Shown here: positions 45,982-56,054 of the stretch, piece by piece
How the letters are laid out: each line of letters begins with the position of its first letter
Position numbering within the stretch: position 1 is the first letter of the stretch
Source of the DNA: a bacterium HR30
Lineage (GTDB): Bacteria > Desulfobacterota > Binatia > HRBIN30
Length of the DNA stretch: 64,000 nt
Assembly: GCA_002898795.1 (NCBI GenBank)
Contig: BEIG01000002.1
Location: 380-64,379 of the forward strand
Direction: 5' to 3'
The notes under the pieces: model-generated
Databases searched by the model: none
Told to the model about the DNA's origin: nothing
The model's input: only the letters and a program-made list of their open reading frames with translations
Made by a program: the position numbers and the translations under genes

Positions 45982-46153
45982 ATTTGTTCTCCTCGTGCCT
46001 TCTTTTCTCTTTTCTTTGTAACTTCTCGTATCCGTAGTACGTGCTGTGAACTTGTGGAAAGAGCAAGAAAAGCGGGGAAAAATGTTCGTTGGGGCTGTGG
46101 AAAATGGTTGGAAAGGTGTCGGAAGGATGTGTGCATCACGTGAGTGCGTGCTC
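45982..46153. promoter_or_regulatory. oriC: Candidate oriC: dnaA-dnaN intergenic region with an AT-rich stretch and DnaA-box-like 9-mers
   Basis: AT-rich run TTCTTTTCTCTTTTCTTTGTAACTTCTCG (about 45990-46030). TGTGGAAAG at 46053-46061 and TGTGGAAAA at 46096-46104 have complements 7/9 and 8/9 to TTATCCACA. Classical oriC position. Confidence 0.5.
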
Positions 46154-47509
46154 CTACGCGGAGGATGTTTTCCACGGCGATGGTTCGCTGCCCTCGCCAC
46201 TTCTCGCCATACCACGTAGCGATTGAATGACCTTGCGTAGCTCGGGATCTACAGCTTGCCGGCGCTCGATGGCAGTAACGGCATGAATCACCGTCGTGTG
46301 GTCTCGGCCGCCAAAGCACTGGCCAATGTAAGGGAAGGAGGCGCCGAGGTCTTGACGGCAGAGGTACATCGCGATTTGTCTCGCCGTAGCGATGGCGCGG
46401 GAGCGGCGGGGTGAGCGCAGGTCTTGCACTCGTAGACCGAAAAAGCTGGCAACAACTTCCTGGATCCGTTCAATGGTAACCGGGCGATCCACGCCCTTGG
46501 CGGATGACGCAACTACTTTTTGGGCAAGGGCGGTGGTGATTTCGGTCCCACTGAGGGAGGCGAAAGCAAGCAGGCGAGTCAGGAGGCCGTGAAGCTCACG
46601 GACACTCGGACCAGCATTTTCGGCCAGGATAACTGCAGCATCGTACGGGAGGTCCACTCCCTCGAGGTGCGACTTCCGCTGCAAGATGGCTATGCGCGTT
46701 TCTAGGTCTGGTGGTTGTACATCCACCACGAGGCCCCAGCCGAAGCGATTTCGCAACCGCTCGTCGAGCTGGAGGAGTTCGTTTGGTGGACGGTCGGCCG
46801 CAAGGGCAATTTGTTTACCCGTTTCGTGGAGGGTGTTGAAAATGTGGAACAATTCTTCCTGCGTTCGTTCCCTGCCCGCAAGGAGCTGCACATCGTCAAC
46901 CAGGAGCACGTCAATCCGGTGAAACCGGGTCTTGAAATGTTGCAAGCGGTCTCGGCGGATTGCGTACACGACTTCCGCCATGAACGTATCGGCGGTGAGG
47001 TAGCGTACCTCTAGGGTCGGGTGCTGCTCCCGCACCGCGTGTGCAATGGCACGGAGAAGGTGAGTTTTACCAAGGCCAGCGGCGCCGTAAAGGAACAGCG
47101 GGTTGTAGTGGCGGCCAGGATTGCGGGCTACAGCGAGAGCCGCTGCATGCGCAAATTGGTTGCTCGGGCCGACCACGAAGTGTTCGAACGTGTAGGGGTC
47201 AGACGCGCCGACTGCACCCTCCCCCTCCTCGGGTTCAGGGGTTGGCAGGAAAGGGAAAAGCTCTTGTTGGGGTGAACGAGCAGCTCGGATGTGTACGCGC
47301 ACCGGTCGCCCGACCAATTCCGAGAGCAAGGCCTGGATGCGCGGGAGAAGTTGCTCCTTAGCCAGAGGGGCGAGCAGCGGCTTGACTTCGAGTAGGCACC
47401 TCTCCCCGTCGTGGGCAACGTAGCGGAGCGCACCGAGTGCTGCCTCCTGCTCTACGGAGCGAGCTTGCATGCGCAGTTGCCGAAGTACTGAGTTGACCTG
47501 CTCTCGCAT
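46154..47509 (-). CDS. dnaA: Chromosomal replication initiator DnaA
   Basis: AAA+ Walker A GAAGLGKTHLL; C-terminal DnaA-box binding domain ...IAMYLCRQDLGASFPYIGQCFGGRDHTTVIHA. Confidence 0.95.
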   Translation of the reverse strand: MREQVNSVLRQLRMQARSVEQEAALGALRYVAHDGERCLLEVKPLLAPLAKEQLLPRIQALLSELVGRPVRVHIRAARSPQQELFPFLPTPEPEEGEGAVGASDPYTFEHFVVGPSNQFAHAAALAVARNPGRHYNPLFLYGAAGLGKTHLLRAIAHAVREQHPTLEVRYLTADTFMAEVVYAIRRDRLQHFKTRFHRIDVLLVDDVQLLAGRERTQEELFHIFNTLHETGKQIALAADRPPNELLQLDERLRNRFGWGLVVDVQPPDLETRIAILQRKSHLEGVDLPYDAAVILAENAGPSVRELHGLLTRLLAFASLSGTEITTALAQKVVASSAKGVDRPVTIERIQEVVASFFGLRVQDLRSPRRSRAIATARQIAMYLCRQDLGASFPYIGQCFGGRDHTTVIHAVTAIERRQAVDPELRKVIQSLRGMARSGEGSEPSPWKTSSA

Positions 47510-47512
47510 GGG

Positions 47513-47602
47513 CCATCCACAATTGGGGACAAGGTTCGAATCGCTTGGTTTCCTTCGCTCTTGCTACCCCCGTGCGCGGTATCTGTCCACAGCTTATCCA
47601 CA
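47513..47602. promoter_or_regulatory. DnaA-box cluster upstream of dnaA: CCATCCACA (47513-47521), CTGTCCACA (47583-47591), perfect TTATCCACA (47594-47602)
   Basis: Read directly. One exact consensus box plus two 7/9 boxes within 90 bp of the dnaA start (autoregulation and/or oriC). Confidence 0.6.
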
Positions 47603-47704
47603 CGCACTTCAAGCTGCTTTTTTCACATCGCCTCACCTCTGTAAAGGGCGGCGGGTTCTTCGGGCTTGTTGAGTGTACGTCCCTCCCGCGCTAGCGACGG
47701 AAAC

Positions 47705-48997
47705 ATGGCCTCACCGCTCTCTCACCAGTTATTCAGCCGGGCGCAGCGCACGATACCCGGGGGAGTCAACAGCCCTGTGCGGGCTTGGCGGGCTGTGGGG
47801 GGAGAGCCCCGATTCATCCAACGTGGCAAAGGTTGTTTTGTCTGGGATGTAGAGGGCCGGCATTACATCGACTACGTGGGCTCGTGGGGGCCATTGATCT
47901 TAGGACATGCGCCGCCGGAGGTGCTGCGAGTTCTTCACGACACGATGCGTGACGGCACGACGTTCGGCGCCCCGACGGTACGGGAAGTGGAATTTGCGGA
48001 GAAACTTTGCAGCGCAATGCCGTCGCTGGAGATGGTGCGGCTTACCAGCTCCGGCACGGAGGCGACGATGGCGCTCTTGCGATTGGCGCGGGCGTTTACC
48101 GGCCGAAGCCGGATCGTGAAATTCGACGGGTGTTACCACGGGCATGTGGACACCCTACTGGTTGCGGCGGGATCGGGGGCGGCGACTCTAAGTGTTCCGG
48201 ACAGTGCCGGCGTACCACCAGCGGTGGCGGAGGCCACACTCGTAGCCACGTTCAACGACATCGCGTCCGTAGAGCTTTGCTTCCAGCGATTTCCCGGAGA
48301 GATCGCCGCCGTGATCGTGGAGCCCGTTGTGGGCAACATGGGTGTTATCCCTCCCGAAGGCAACTTCCTCCAGGAGCTTCGGGAATGCTGTCAGCGCTAC
48401 GGGGCACTGCTCATTTTCGACGAGGTGATCACCGGCTTTCGTATAGCGTGGGGTGGAGCGCAGCAGCGTTACGGGGTCTTGCCAGACCTCACCTCGATCG
48501 GGAAGGTGGTCGGCGGAGGGTTGCCGCTAGCAGCGTTCGGTGGCCGACGGGAGATCATGGAACTCGTGGCTCCCGTAGGCCCCGTGTACCACGCGGGCAC
48601 GTTGTCCGGTAACCCCTTGGCCGTTGCGGCCGGGTTGCGGACCCTGGAGGTTCTCCAGCAGCCGGGCACATACGAGCGCTTGGAGGAGCTTGGGCAGCGA
48701 CTCGAGGTGGGCTTGCGAGAGGCACTGGTAGCTGCGGGGGTGCAGGGCTGTGTCCAGCGCGTGGGATCGATGTGGACTTTGTTCCTGGGGGTCGCACAGG
48801 TGCGTAGCGCCGCGGACGCGCGAAGGGTGGACCACGACCTCTTTCGCCGTTGGTTTCACGGCATGCTCGACGAGGGCATTTACCTGCCGCCCTCGCCGTT
48901 CGAGGCCGCATTTATTTCCCTCGCACACACCGAGGCGGAAATCGACGTTACCGTGCGCGCCGCAGCCCGAGTTCTGCGCCAGCTTGCGGGGGGCTGA
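47705..48997 (+). CDS. hemL: Glutamate-1-semialdehyde 2,1-aminomutase
   Basis: Class III PLP aminotransferase; N-terminus LFSRAQRTIPGGVNSPVRAW is diagnostic for HemL. Confidence 0.9.
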   Translation: MASPLSHQLFSRAQRTIPGGVNSPVRAWRAVGGEPRFIQRGKGCFVWDVEGRHYIDYVGSWGPLILGHAPPEVLRVLHDTMRDGTTFGAPTVREVEFAEKLCSAMPSLEMVRLTSSGTEATMALLRLARAFTGRSRIVKFDGCYHGHVDTLLVAAGSGAATLSVPDSAGVPPAVAEATLVATFNDIASVELCFQRFPGEIAAVIVEPVVGNMGVIPPEGNFLQELRECCQRYGALLIFDEVITGFRIAWGGAQQRYGVLPDLTSIGKVVGGGLPLAAFGGRREIMELVAPVGPVYHAGTLSGNPLAVAAGLRTLEVLQQPGTYERLEELGQRLEVGLREALVAAGVQGCVQRVGSMWTLFLGVAQVRSAADARRVDHDLFRRWFHGMLDEGIYLPPSPFEAAFISLAHTEAEIDVTVRAAARVLRQLAGG

Positions 48998-49251
48998 TGG
49001 CTTTCAACCCGCGAACGTGGGCACGCCTGGCGCCGCTCATCGCGGGTGGAACCGAGCTCGCCGTGAGCGTCGTAGCCGGTGTGATTGCAGGATATTACCT
49101 CGATCGCTATCTGGGGTCGGCCCCGTGGCTGACCCTGTTATTCACGCTTGCAGGCTTGGCCGGGGGGATGAGCCGCTTGCTTTGGGCGCTCAGGCGTTTG
49201 GAGAAAAAACAGGACGGACAGAATGGGTCTCACCCTACGCAGCGTGGTTGA
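48997..49251 (+). CDS. atpZ: AtpZ/AtpI-family small membrane protein preceding the F0 genes
   Basis: 84 aa, two TM helices (LAVSVVAGVIAGYYLDRYLGSAPWLTLLFTLAGLAGG). TGATG overlap with hemL. Confidence 0.55.
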   Translation: MAFNPRTWARLAPLIAGGTELAVSVVAGVIAGYYLDRYLGSAPWLTLLFTLAGLAGGMSRLLWALRRLEKKQDGQNGSHPTQRG

Positions 49252-49615
49252 GTGGCATGTCGCTTTGTCGGCGGCAGGGGCATTGGTTGCGGCCCTGTGC
49301 CACATTGGCGACGCTCTGAGTCTTTTGGCAGGTGGGGCCTGGGCCCTGGCAAACTTAGCGATGTGGGCGGTGATCGTTCGCACCTTGGTGCGAGCCCGCC
49401 AGGGCGGCGTTATTGGCAAGCGCGCACGGTGGGTTGCCGGGGGGGCGGTCGTAGGAAAGTTTGCTTTATTCCTCGTTGTTGGCGCAGCGATTCTCCTTCG
49501 TTTTCCGTTGGCGCCGCTCAGTTTTGCCACCGGAGTGGCGTTCTTGACCGTGGCTTTACTCGCGAGCTCGATGCTCGCCTCGCGCCGCGCTCTGTGGAGG
49601 GAGGCAGAAGCGTAA
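49223..49615 (+). CDS. atpI: ATP synthase protein I-like hydrophobic protein
   Basis: 130 aa, 3-4 TM helices. Ends in a TAATG overlap with atpB. Confidence 0.5.
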   Translation: MGLTLRSVVEWHVALSAAGALVAALCHIGDALSLLAGGAWALANLAMWAVIVRTLVRARQGGVIGKRARWVAGGAVVGKFALFLVVGAAILLRFPLAPLSFATGVAFLTVALLASSMLASRRALWREAEA

Positions 49616-50343
49616 TGGAGCACTCGTTCCTCTGGGTACAGATCATCCCGGGCTTGCGTGAGCTTCCGGCCCACACCGTGCACGCCACACTGGTGATGGT
49701 TTTTCTGGTCCTCTGGGCTTGGCTAGCGCGACGGCAGATGCAGCGCGTGCCTGACCCTGTGGTACCAGATGCCACACTGACGTGGCGCAACTCCCTCGAG
49801 GTATTTGTCGAGTGGTTCGTTGGTTTCATCGAAGGGGTGCTGGGTCCGGGCGGTCGGAAGTACCTGCATGTGTACGCCACGTTTTTCCTGTTCATTTTGG
49901 TGGCGAACCTGATCGGCTTGTTCCCAGGGTTTTCCCCTCCCACGAGCGATTTCAACATTACCTTCGCGCTCGGGGTGACGTCTCTTCTCTTTTATGTGAC
50001 CTTTGGCCTCAAGCAAAATGGCATGGCGTACTTGAAGCACCACTTGGGTCCCATCGTGTGGTTGGCGCCGCTGATGCTGCCGCTAGAGATCGCCGATAAC
50101 TTGATTCGCCCTGTATCGTTGGGCTTGCGTCTCTTTGGCAACATGACCGGCGACCACCTGGTGCTGGAAATTTTCACGCACCTGACAAAGGTCGTCATTC
50201 CGGTAGCGTTCTATGTATTGGGTGCCTTCGTTTCGTTGGTGCAGGCCTTCGTGTTCACCATTCTCAGTGTGGTTTACTTGTCACTCGCCATTGCCGACCA
50301 TGGGCATCATGAGGACCATGGGCACGCGGAGGCCCACGCGTAG
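49615..50343 (+). CDS. atpB: F0F1 ATP synthase subunit a
   Basis: Conserved arginine in LGLRLFGNM, 5-6 TM helices. Start ATG 49615 (the upstream part of ORF 49252 is junk). Confidence 0.9.
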   Translation: MEHSFLWVQIIPGLRELPAHTVHATLVMVFLVLWAWLARRQMQRVPDPVVPDATLTWRNSLEVFVEWFVGFIEGVLGPGGRKYLHVYATFFLFILVANLIGLFPGFSPPTSDFNITFALGVTSLLFYVTFGLKQNGMAYLKHHLGPIVWLAPLMLPLEIADNLIRPVSLGLRLFGNMTGDHLVLEIFTHLTKVVIPVAFYVLGAFVSLVQAFVFTILSVVYLSLAIADHGHHEDHGHAEAHA

Positions 50344-50457
50344 TTAGGAGTCATGTTTGCGCACAACGCTGTCAAAGCCACACCATGAGCGGCGAGGAGG
50401 ACAGAGAAGGAGGGGTGTATGGCTTGGGACGGCGAAAAATCTCGAAGGAGGTAGGGT

Positions 50458-50766
50458 ATGCAGTCGTTGGTTCGGTTTTTCTTTTGGTTGATTGCCGTGA
50501 TGGCAGTTGCCTTCCCGGCGCTCGCTGCGGAGGACGCAAGCGCGAGCGGGTGGATTGGCCTCGGCGCGGGCCTTGGCATCGGTATTGCCGCGGGGGGCGT
50601 TGCGTTGGGGCAAGGCCGCACGGGCGCTGCGGCTATGGAATCAATTGGGCGGAATCCCAACTCGGCCGATCGCATCCAGACGCCGATGATCATTGCCTTG
50701 GCCATGATGGAAGCCTTGGCGATTTACGCCTTGGTGATCACCTTTTTCTTGCAAGGCAAGATTTAA
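50458..50766 (+). CDS. atpE: F0F1 ATP synthase subunit c
   Basis: Hairpin of two TM helices with GxGxGxG packing and the ion-binding carboxylate in the second helix (MMEALAIYALVI). Confidence 0.85.
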   Translation: MQSLVRFFFWLIAVMAVAFPALAAEDASASGWIGLGAGLGIGIAAGGVALGQGRTGAAAMESIGRNPNSADRIQTPMIIALAMMEALAIYALVITFFLQGKI

Positions 50767-50800
50767 GCCCAGGAGTGCCAGTCTCTCGAGCAGAGATGAG

Positions 50801-50841
50801 GGAGGCGGTGGGACGAGCGCCCGCCGCCTCCTTTTGGTTTG
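50801..50841 (+). terminator. Rho-independent terminator after atpE (GGAGGCGGTGGG-acgagcg-CCCGCCGCCTCC + TTTTGGTTTG)
   Basis: 12-bp GC stem (11/12 paired) followed by a T-tract. Confidence 0.7.
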
Positions 50842-50869
50842 TGCGCAGAGAAGGGCATGCGCTCGGTTC

Positions 50870-51334
50870 GTGACGTTCCTCGTTAAGCTCTTCGCCTCGG
50901 GTTTCTTTATCGGCTACGTTCCCCTTGCTTCTGGCACATTTGGCTCGGCGCTGGGGATCCCGGTGGCACTGGGCCAGGCTCGCTTGGCGTCGTGGAATTC
51001 CTGGGCGGCTGTGGCGAGCTTTGCCTTGTTTGTGTGCGTGGCTTCATGGGTTGCAGGGCGCGCGGAGGAGATTTTTGGACGAAAGGACAGTAGCCGGATC
51101 GTCATAGACGAGGTTGCCGGTTATTTGGCAGCAACGCTGCTCCTGCCGCCGACGTGGGGAATCCTTCTCGGCGCTTTTGTGCTGTTCCGTTTGTTCGATG
51201 TGCTCAAGCCCTTTCCCGCAGCCCGGATCGATCGCGAGCTGGGTGGCGGTTGGGGAGTGGTGCTGGACGACGTTGTGGCCGGCATTTACGCGCAGGCGTG
51301 TCTGAGAGCATTAGTAGCAGTGGGCTATTTGTGA
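50870..51334 (+). CDS. pgpA: Phosphatidylglycerophosphatase A
   Basis: FFIGYVPLASGTFGSALGIPVAL... matches the PgpA family. GTG start chosen because ATG 50834 lies inside the terminator T-tract. Confidence 0.7.
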   Translation: MTFLVKLFASGFFIGYVPLASGTFGSALGIPVALGQARLASWNSWAAVASFALFVCVASWVAGRAEEIFGRKDSSRIVIDEVAGYLAATLLLPPTWGILLGAFVLFRLFDVLKPFPAARIDRELGGGWGVVLDDVVAGIYAQACLRALVAVGYL

Positions 51335-51798
51335 GCTGAGCCCAACCTCCCTGGCGCAGGCCAAGTATCGGCGGTGGCGCAAAGATCTTTCTGCGACGCT
51401 TGTTGGTGCTCTGCGATCGAGGAGTGCCGTTCCACTGGCGAGCAGGGAGCGGGGCAGGAGACTGGCCCAGTACGATGCTCCCATGTCAGCGCGGGCAGGG
51501 TGACTCCCACTGCCCCTCTTACGGTGTAGGCCACCCGGGGGTGTAACCGGTCGCGGCTGTTCTGCTGCGATACAGCCCCGCACGGTCGGCGGACACACGA
51601 CCAACCCCCTTGGCTAATGGATCGGCTCCAGCCATGGGTGTTCGATCACAACGATAACGAGGCGGTTTCCCTCGGAGTACACCAGTGCACTTCATCTACA
51701 CCGACAGGGTCGATCTGGCGGACTCTAGGTCTGCGGCCCGACCCTTGAAGTGGCTGGGTGGCTAGCAGCCGGCGAGAGGATCGGGTAACGCTTGCAGC

Positions 51799-53079
51799 AT
51801 GCTCGAAAAGGTAGCGCTGATTAGCACAGGGGATGAACTCACCACTGGCCGAACGGTGGATACCAATGCGAACTTCTTGGCCGACCGGCTATTCAGTGCG
51901 GGTTTTGACGTGGTTGCCATTTTAGTCGTGGGCGACGATCGGGAACGGATTGCGTGGGCTTGGCGAGAAGCGATGGAGCAGGCGGAGGTGGTGATCAGCA
52001 CTGGAGGGCTTGGCCCGACGGCGGACGATCTGACCACGGAAACGATTGCCCAAGTCACGGGGCGTAGCCTCATTTTGGATGAAGCCGTGGCAGAGAGCAT
52101 CCGGCAACGGTTTGCTGCGATGGGGCGAGAGATGCCGTTGAATAACTTAAAACAGGCCCGCTTTCCTGAGGGAGCAGTGATCCTCTCCAATCCCCTTGGT
52201 ACCGCGCCAGGCTTTCGGTTGGAGGTAGAGAGCCAGATCGGGCGTCGGTGGTTGTTTGCGCTGCCTGGGGTGCCGCGGGAGATGAAGCCAATGTTCACGG
52301 ACCAGGTTTTGCCCTGGTTAGTGGAGCATCGCGGCGGCAACGTGGTGTATCTCAGTCGAGTGTTTCAAACCTTCGGCATCAGCGAGTCTGCCTTGGACGA
52401 ATTGGTAGATGGAGTCGTTCCTTCCGAACGGGGGCGGCTATCGTTTCGGGCGGCTTTCCCTCAGATTTCCGTGCGGCTCACGGTGCACGGTCCACCGGAC
52501 CAAGCGGAGCGGGAGCTTGCCGAGTGGGGCGACCGATTGCGGCAGCGCCTCGGTGTGTACTGCTATGCCGAGGGCGACGCCAGCATGGAAGAGGTCGTGG
52601 GGCAGGAGCTACGAAGGAGAGGCTGGCGGCTAGCAGTAGCGGAATCGTGTACCGGGGGATTGGTGGGGCACCGCATCACCAACGTTCCCGGTAGTTCCCA
52701 CTATTTTCTCGGCGGCGTGGTTGCGTACAGCAACGAGGCAAAGGAACAGTTTCTCGGGGTGCCGAGGGAGACCCTCGAACGCTACGGCGCGGTGAGTGTG
52801 GAGACGGCGCAAGAGATGGCGGCGGGTGTTTGCCAGCGGTTCGGGGCAGATCTGGGTCTGGGCATCACCGGCATTGCTGGACCAGAAGGCGGTTCGCCGG
52901 ACAAACCCGTAGGGACGGTTTGCTTTGGCCTGGCGACCGCTACGGAGCGGTTTGCGCGCCGCTACCAGCTTTGGGGTACGCGGGAGTGGATCAAGCTGCT
53001 CGCTTCGCAAATCGCTCTCGACTGGATCAGGCGTCAGGCACTCGGTGCAGGCCTGCCGGAGAACTTTCGGTTTCGTTAA
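51799..53079 (+). CDS. cinA: CinA-family competence/damage-inducible protein (MoCF-like domain + NMN deamidase domain)
   Basis: MLEKVALISTGDELTTGRTVDTNANFLA N-terminus; C-terminal CinA domain ...AVAESCTGGLVGHRITNVPGSS. Confidence 0.85.
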   Translation: MLEKVALISTGDELTTGRTVDTNANFLADRLFSAGFDVVAILVVGDDRERIAWAWREAMEQAEVVISTGGLGPTADDLTTETIAQVTGRSLILDEAVAESIRQRFAAMGREMPLNNLKQARFPEGAVILSNPLGTAPGFRLEVESQIGRRWLFALPGVPREMKPMFTDQVLPWLVEHRGGNVVYLSRVFQTFGISESALDELVDGVVPSERGRLSFRAAFPQISVRLTVHGPPDQAERELAEWGDRLRQRLGVYCYAEGDASMEEVVGQELRRRGWRLAVAESCTGGLVGHRITNVPGSSHYFLGGVVAYSNEAKEQFLGVPRETLERYGAVSVETAQEMAAGVCQRFGADLGLGITGIAGPEGGSPDKPVGTVCFGLATATERFARRYQLWGTREWIKLLASQIALDWIRRQALGAGLPENFRFR

Positions 53080-53150
53080 ACTGGGGTACGCACGTTTGCT
53101 CGGGGCGCGGCGGGCTCGGCGCGTGGACGAGAGCAGCGGCAAGGAAGCAG

Positions 53151-53747
53151 ATGGCCGATGAACGGAAACATATTCGAACCTTTATCGCCGTTGACGTCAA
53201 CGCGAGCGTGGCGCAACGCGTCGAGGCCTTACAGGCCGCATTGGCAAAAACGCGCGCGGATGTACGTTGGGTGGACAACCACAATTTACACGTGACTCTA
53301 AAGTTCTTGGGGCCAACGCCGGAAGAGGATGTGCCACCGGTTACCGAAGCCATTGCGCGCATCGCGGGCAGGCACCAGCCATGGAAGGTCGAGGTGCGAG
53401 GTGTCGGCGCGTTTCCGTCGTTTCGGCGCCCGCGAGTTTTGTGGCTAGCCGTGCACGACGACGGCAAACTTGCCGAGGTTGCGCACGAGCTTGACGAGGC
53501 CTTGGTCCCGCTCGGATTTGCCCCAGAGCAGCGACCCTTCCAGCCTCACCTGACCTTGGGTCGCGTGCGCAGCCTCCAACGTTGGGAGGCGCTGGAAAAG
53601 GAAGTCAAGGCACACTTGGAGGAATCCTTCGGAGAATCGGTGGTGGAAGAATTGATCCTCTACCGCAGTGACTTACGGCCGACAGGTGCGGTATATACGC
53701 CGCTGTGGAAAACTCATTTGGGGGAAACAAAGGGCGACGAGACATGA
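53151..53747 (+). CDS. thpR: RNA 2',3'-cyclic phosphodiesterase (2'-5' RNA ligase family, ThpR/LigT)
   Basis: Two H-x-T/S-x motifs (HVTLKFLG; HLTLGRV). Confidence 0.8.
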   Translation: MADERKHIRTFIAVDVNASVAQRVEALQAALAKTRADVRWVDNHNLHVTLKFLGPTPEEDVPPVTEAIARIAGRHQPWKVEVRGVGAFPSFRRPRVLWLAVHDDGKLAEVAHELDEALVPLGFAPEQRPFQPHLTLGRVRSLQRWEALEKEVKAHLEESFGESVVEELILYRSDLRPTGAVYTPLWKTHLGETKGDET

Positions 53748-54811
53748 CACTCGATCCAAACCGTGAACGTGCATTGGACTTAGCCTTGGGCCAAATCGAG
53801 AAGCAGTTTGGCAAAGGCGCAATTATGAAACTTGGCGACCAGTCGCTGGTTGGCGACATCGAGGTCGTCCCGACCGGGTCGCTCGGGTTAGATATTGCTC
53901 TGGGTGTGGGAGGTGTGCCGCGAGGCCGCGTGATTGAAATTTACGGGCCAGAGTCTTCCGGGAAAACTACGCTTGCCCTCCAGATCATTGCGCAGGCTCA
54001 AAAGCTCGGTGGCATCGGCGCGTTCATTGACGCCGAGCACGCGCTCGACGTGGGCTACGCGCGGAAACTCGGCGTGCGCGTGGAAGACTTGCTCATCTCC
54101 CAGCCAGACCACGGGGAACAGGCGCTCGAAATCGCCGAAACCCTCGTGCGTAGCGGCGCCATTGACGTGTTGGTGATCGACTCGGTGGCGGCACTGGTGC
54201 CCCGCGCGGAAATCGAAGGCGAAATGGGCGAGCCGCAAATGGGCTTGCAGGCACGGTTGATGTCGCAGGCGCTGCGCAAACTCACGGCCACCATTTCGCG
54301 CTCGAAGACCATCGTGATCTTCATCAACCAAATCCGAATGAAGATCGGGGTAATGTTCGGTAACCCGGAGACCACGACCGGGGGAAATGCCCTCAAGTTT
54401 TACGCCTCGGTCCGCATCGATATTCGCCGCGTCGGTTCCATCAAACAGGGAGAAGAAGTCATTGGCAACCGTACCAAGGTGCGGGTGGTGAAAAACAAGG
54501 TGGCCCCTCCCTTCAAAGAGGCCGAGTTCGACATCCTTTACGGCAGCGGTATCTCGAAAGAGGGCGAACTGGTGGATTTGGGTGCCGATCTTGGCATCTT
54601 GGAAAAAAGTGGGGCTTGGTACTCCTTTGACGGCGAACGGATCGGCCAAGGTCGGGAAAACACCAAGGAGTTTTTGCGGCAGCACCCTGAGATGGCCCTC
54701 CGGCTGGAGGACAAGATCCGGGTCAAGATGGGCTTGCCATCGCTGACCAAGGAATCCCCACCCCCAGAACCTACCCGCAGCGACACAAAAAAGAGCACGC
54801 GATCGGCTTGA
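53744..54811 (+). CDS. recA: Recombinase RecA
   Basis: [22 protein letters not shown]...[12 protein letters not shown]; ATGA overlap with thpR. Confidence 0.95.
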   Translation: MTLDPNRERALDLALGQIEKQFGKGAIMKLGDQSLVGDIEVVPTGSLGLDIALGVGGVPRGRVIEIYGPESSGKTTLALQIIAQAQKLGGIGAFIDAEHALDVGYARKLGVRVEDLLISQPDHGEQALEIAETLVRSGAIDVLVIDSVAALVPRAEIEGEMGEPQMGLQARLMSQALRKLTATISRSKTIVIFINQIRMKIGVMFGNPETTTGGNALKFYASVRIDIRRVGSIKQGEEVIGNRTKVRVVKNKVAPPFKEAEFDILYGSGISKEGELVDLGADLGILEKSGAWYSFDGERIGQGRENTKEFLRQHPEMALRLEDKIRVKMGLPSLTKESPPPEPTRSDTKKSTRSA

Positions 54812-54902
54812 TTACCTTCGGTTGACGCTCGCGCCGCCCCGAGCGCGTGAGTTTTCGCCCTGCCAATTGCGGTATGCCATTTGCTGTTGCTGCGCACTTG
54901 GT

Positions 54903-56054
54903 ATGCACTTCGACGAGATTCTACGCCGAGCGGTCTCCTTAGGAGCGTCCGACGTGCTGTTAAAAGTTGGGGCTCCTCCGGCAGTTCGGCTTAAGGCCGA
55001 TCTCGTGCCGATGCCGGAGGCCCCGCCCATGTCCCACGAGCTCATGGAAGCTGCAGTGGATACGGTGCTGGACGATTACCATCGGCGTCGTTTCGCTGCC
55101 GAACTGCAGGCCGATCTTGCCTACGAAAGCCCGGAACTCGGTCGCTTCCGCGTCAACGTTTTCCGCCAACGCGGGGCACTGAGTATAGTCGTGCGAATCA
55201 TCCCCAATAAAATTCGCACGGTGGCGGAGTTGAACCTGCCTCCCGTAGTGGAGCGGATTGCCGAAGAGCGGCGCGGCTTGATCTTGGTCACCGGCACCAC
55301 CGGCAGCGGCAAAAGTACCACGTTGGCCGCGATGATCGACCACATCAACCGCACCAGGCACGCCCACATCATCACCATCGAGGATCCGATCGAGTACACG
55401 CATCGGGATCAACGAAGCTTCGTGAATCAAAGAGAAGTTGGTTTCGATGCGGTCAGCTTTGCGGCTGCCCTGAAAGCCGCGCTGCGGCAAAACCCCGACG
55501 TGATCCTGGTTGGGGAAATGCGCGACCTGGAAACGATCGAAACCGCCATTCTGGCTGCGGAGACCGGCCACTTGGTCATGAGCACGTTGCACACGTTGGA
55601 CGCGCCCGAAACGATTACCCGCGCCATTAGCGTGTTCCCCGAACACCAACGGGATCAGGTGCGGCTGATCTTGGCCAGCGTGCTCAAGGGCGTGATCAGC
55701 CAGCGCCTCATTCCGCGCGCGGATGGACAGGGCATGGTGCCTGCGGTGGAAGTGCTGGTGTCCAACGCTCGCGTGCGGGAGTACATTGCGGACAAGGAGA
55801 AACTACGGGATCTCCGCGAAGTGATCGCTCAGGGTCATGTAAGTTACGGTATGCAGACGTTCGACCAGTCGCTCATGGCCCTCTATCAACAAGGCTTGAT
55901 CACTCGGGAAGAAGCGCTCAAAAACGCCACCAACCCCGGCGACTTCGACTTGAAACTGCGCGGCATCTCCTCCACCAGTGATACCCGTTGGGATGACTTC
56001 GAAAGGCGGGAAGGGGTTGGCGGAGCGCCGCCCGTCCAAATCGAGCGGTTCTGA
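54903..56054 (+). CDS. pilT: Type IV pilus retraction ATPase PilT (twitching motility)
   Basis: Walker A GTTGSGKSTTLAAM; PilT-specific AIRNLIRE-like region (YIADKEKLRDLREVIAQG). Confidence 0.85.
   Translation: MHFDEILRRAVSLGASDVLLKVGAPPAVRLKADLVPMPEAPPMSHELMEAAVDTVLDDYHRRRFAAELQADLAYESPELGRFRVNVFRQRGALSIVVRIIPNKIRTVAELNLPPVVERIAEERRGLILVTGTTGSGKSTTLAAMIDHINRTRHAHIITIEDPIEYTHRDQRSFVNQREVGFDAVSFAAALKAALRQNPDVILVGEMRDLETIETAILAAETGHLVMSTLHTLDAPETITRAISVFPEHQRDQVRLILASVLKGVISQRLIPRADGQGMVPAVEVLVSNARVREYIADKEKLRDLREVIAQGHVSYGMQTFDQSLMALYQQGLITREEALKNATNPGDFDLKLRGISSTSDTRWDDFERREGVGGAPPVQIERF

Noticed and set aside
44869-46215. 448-aa DnaN as given by the ORF track
   Set aside because: The first 78 codons are non-protein-like and overlap the oriC-like spacer. 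An ATG with an AGGAGA RBS at 45981 gives a canonical 370-aa clamp.
47536-47560. tRNA-like T-arm (GGTTCGAATCGC) upstream of dnaA
   Set aside because: No convincing T-stem pairing, acceptor stem or anticodon arm could be built. The sequence sits within the DnaA-box region.
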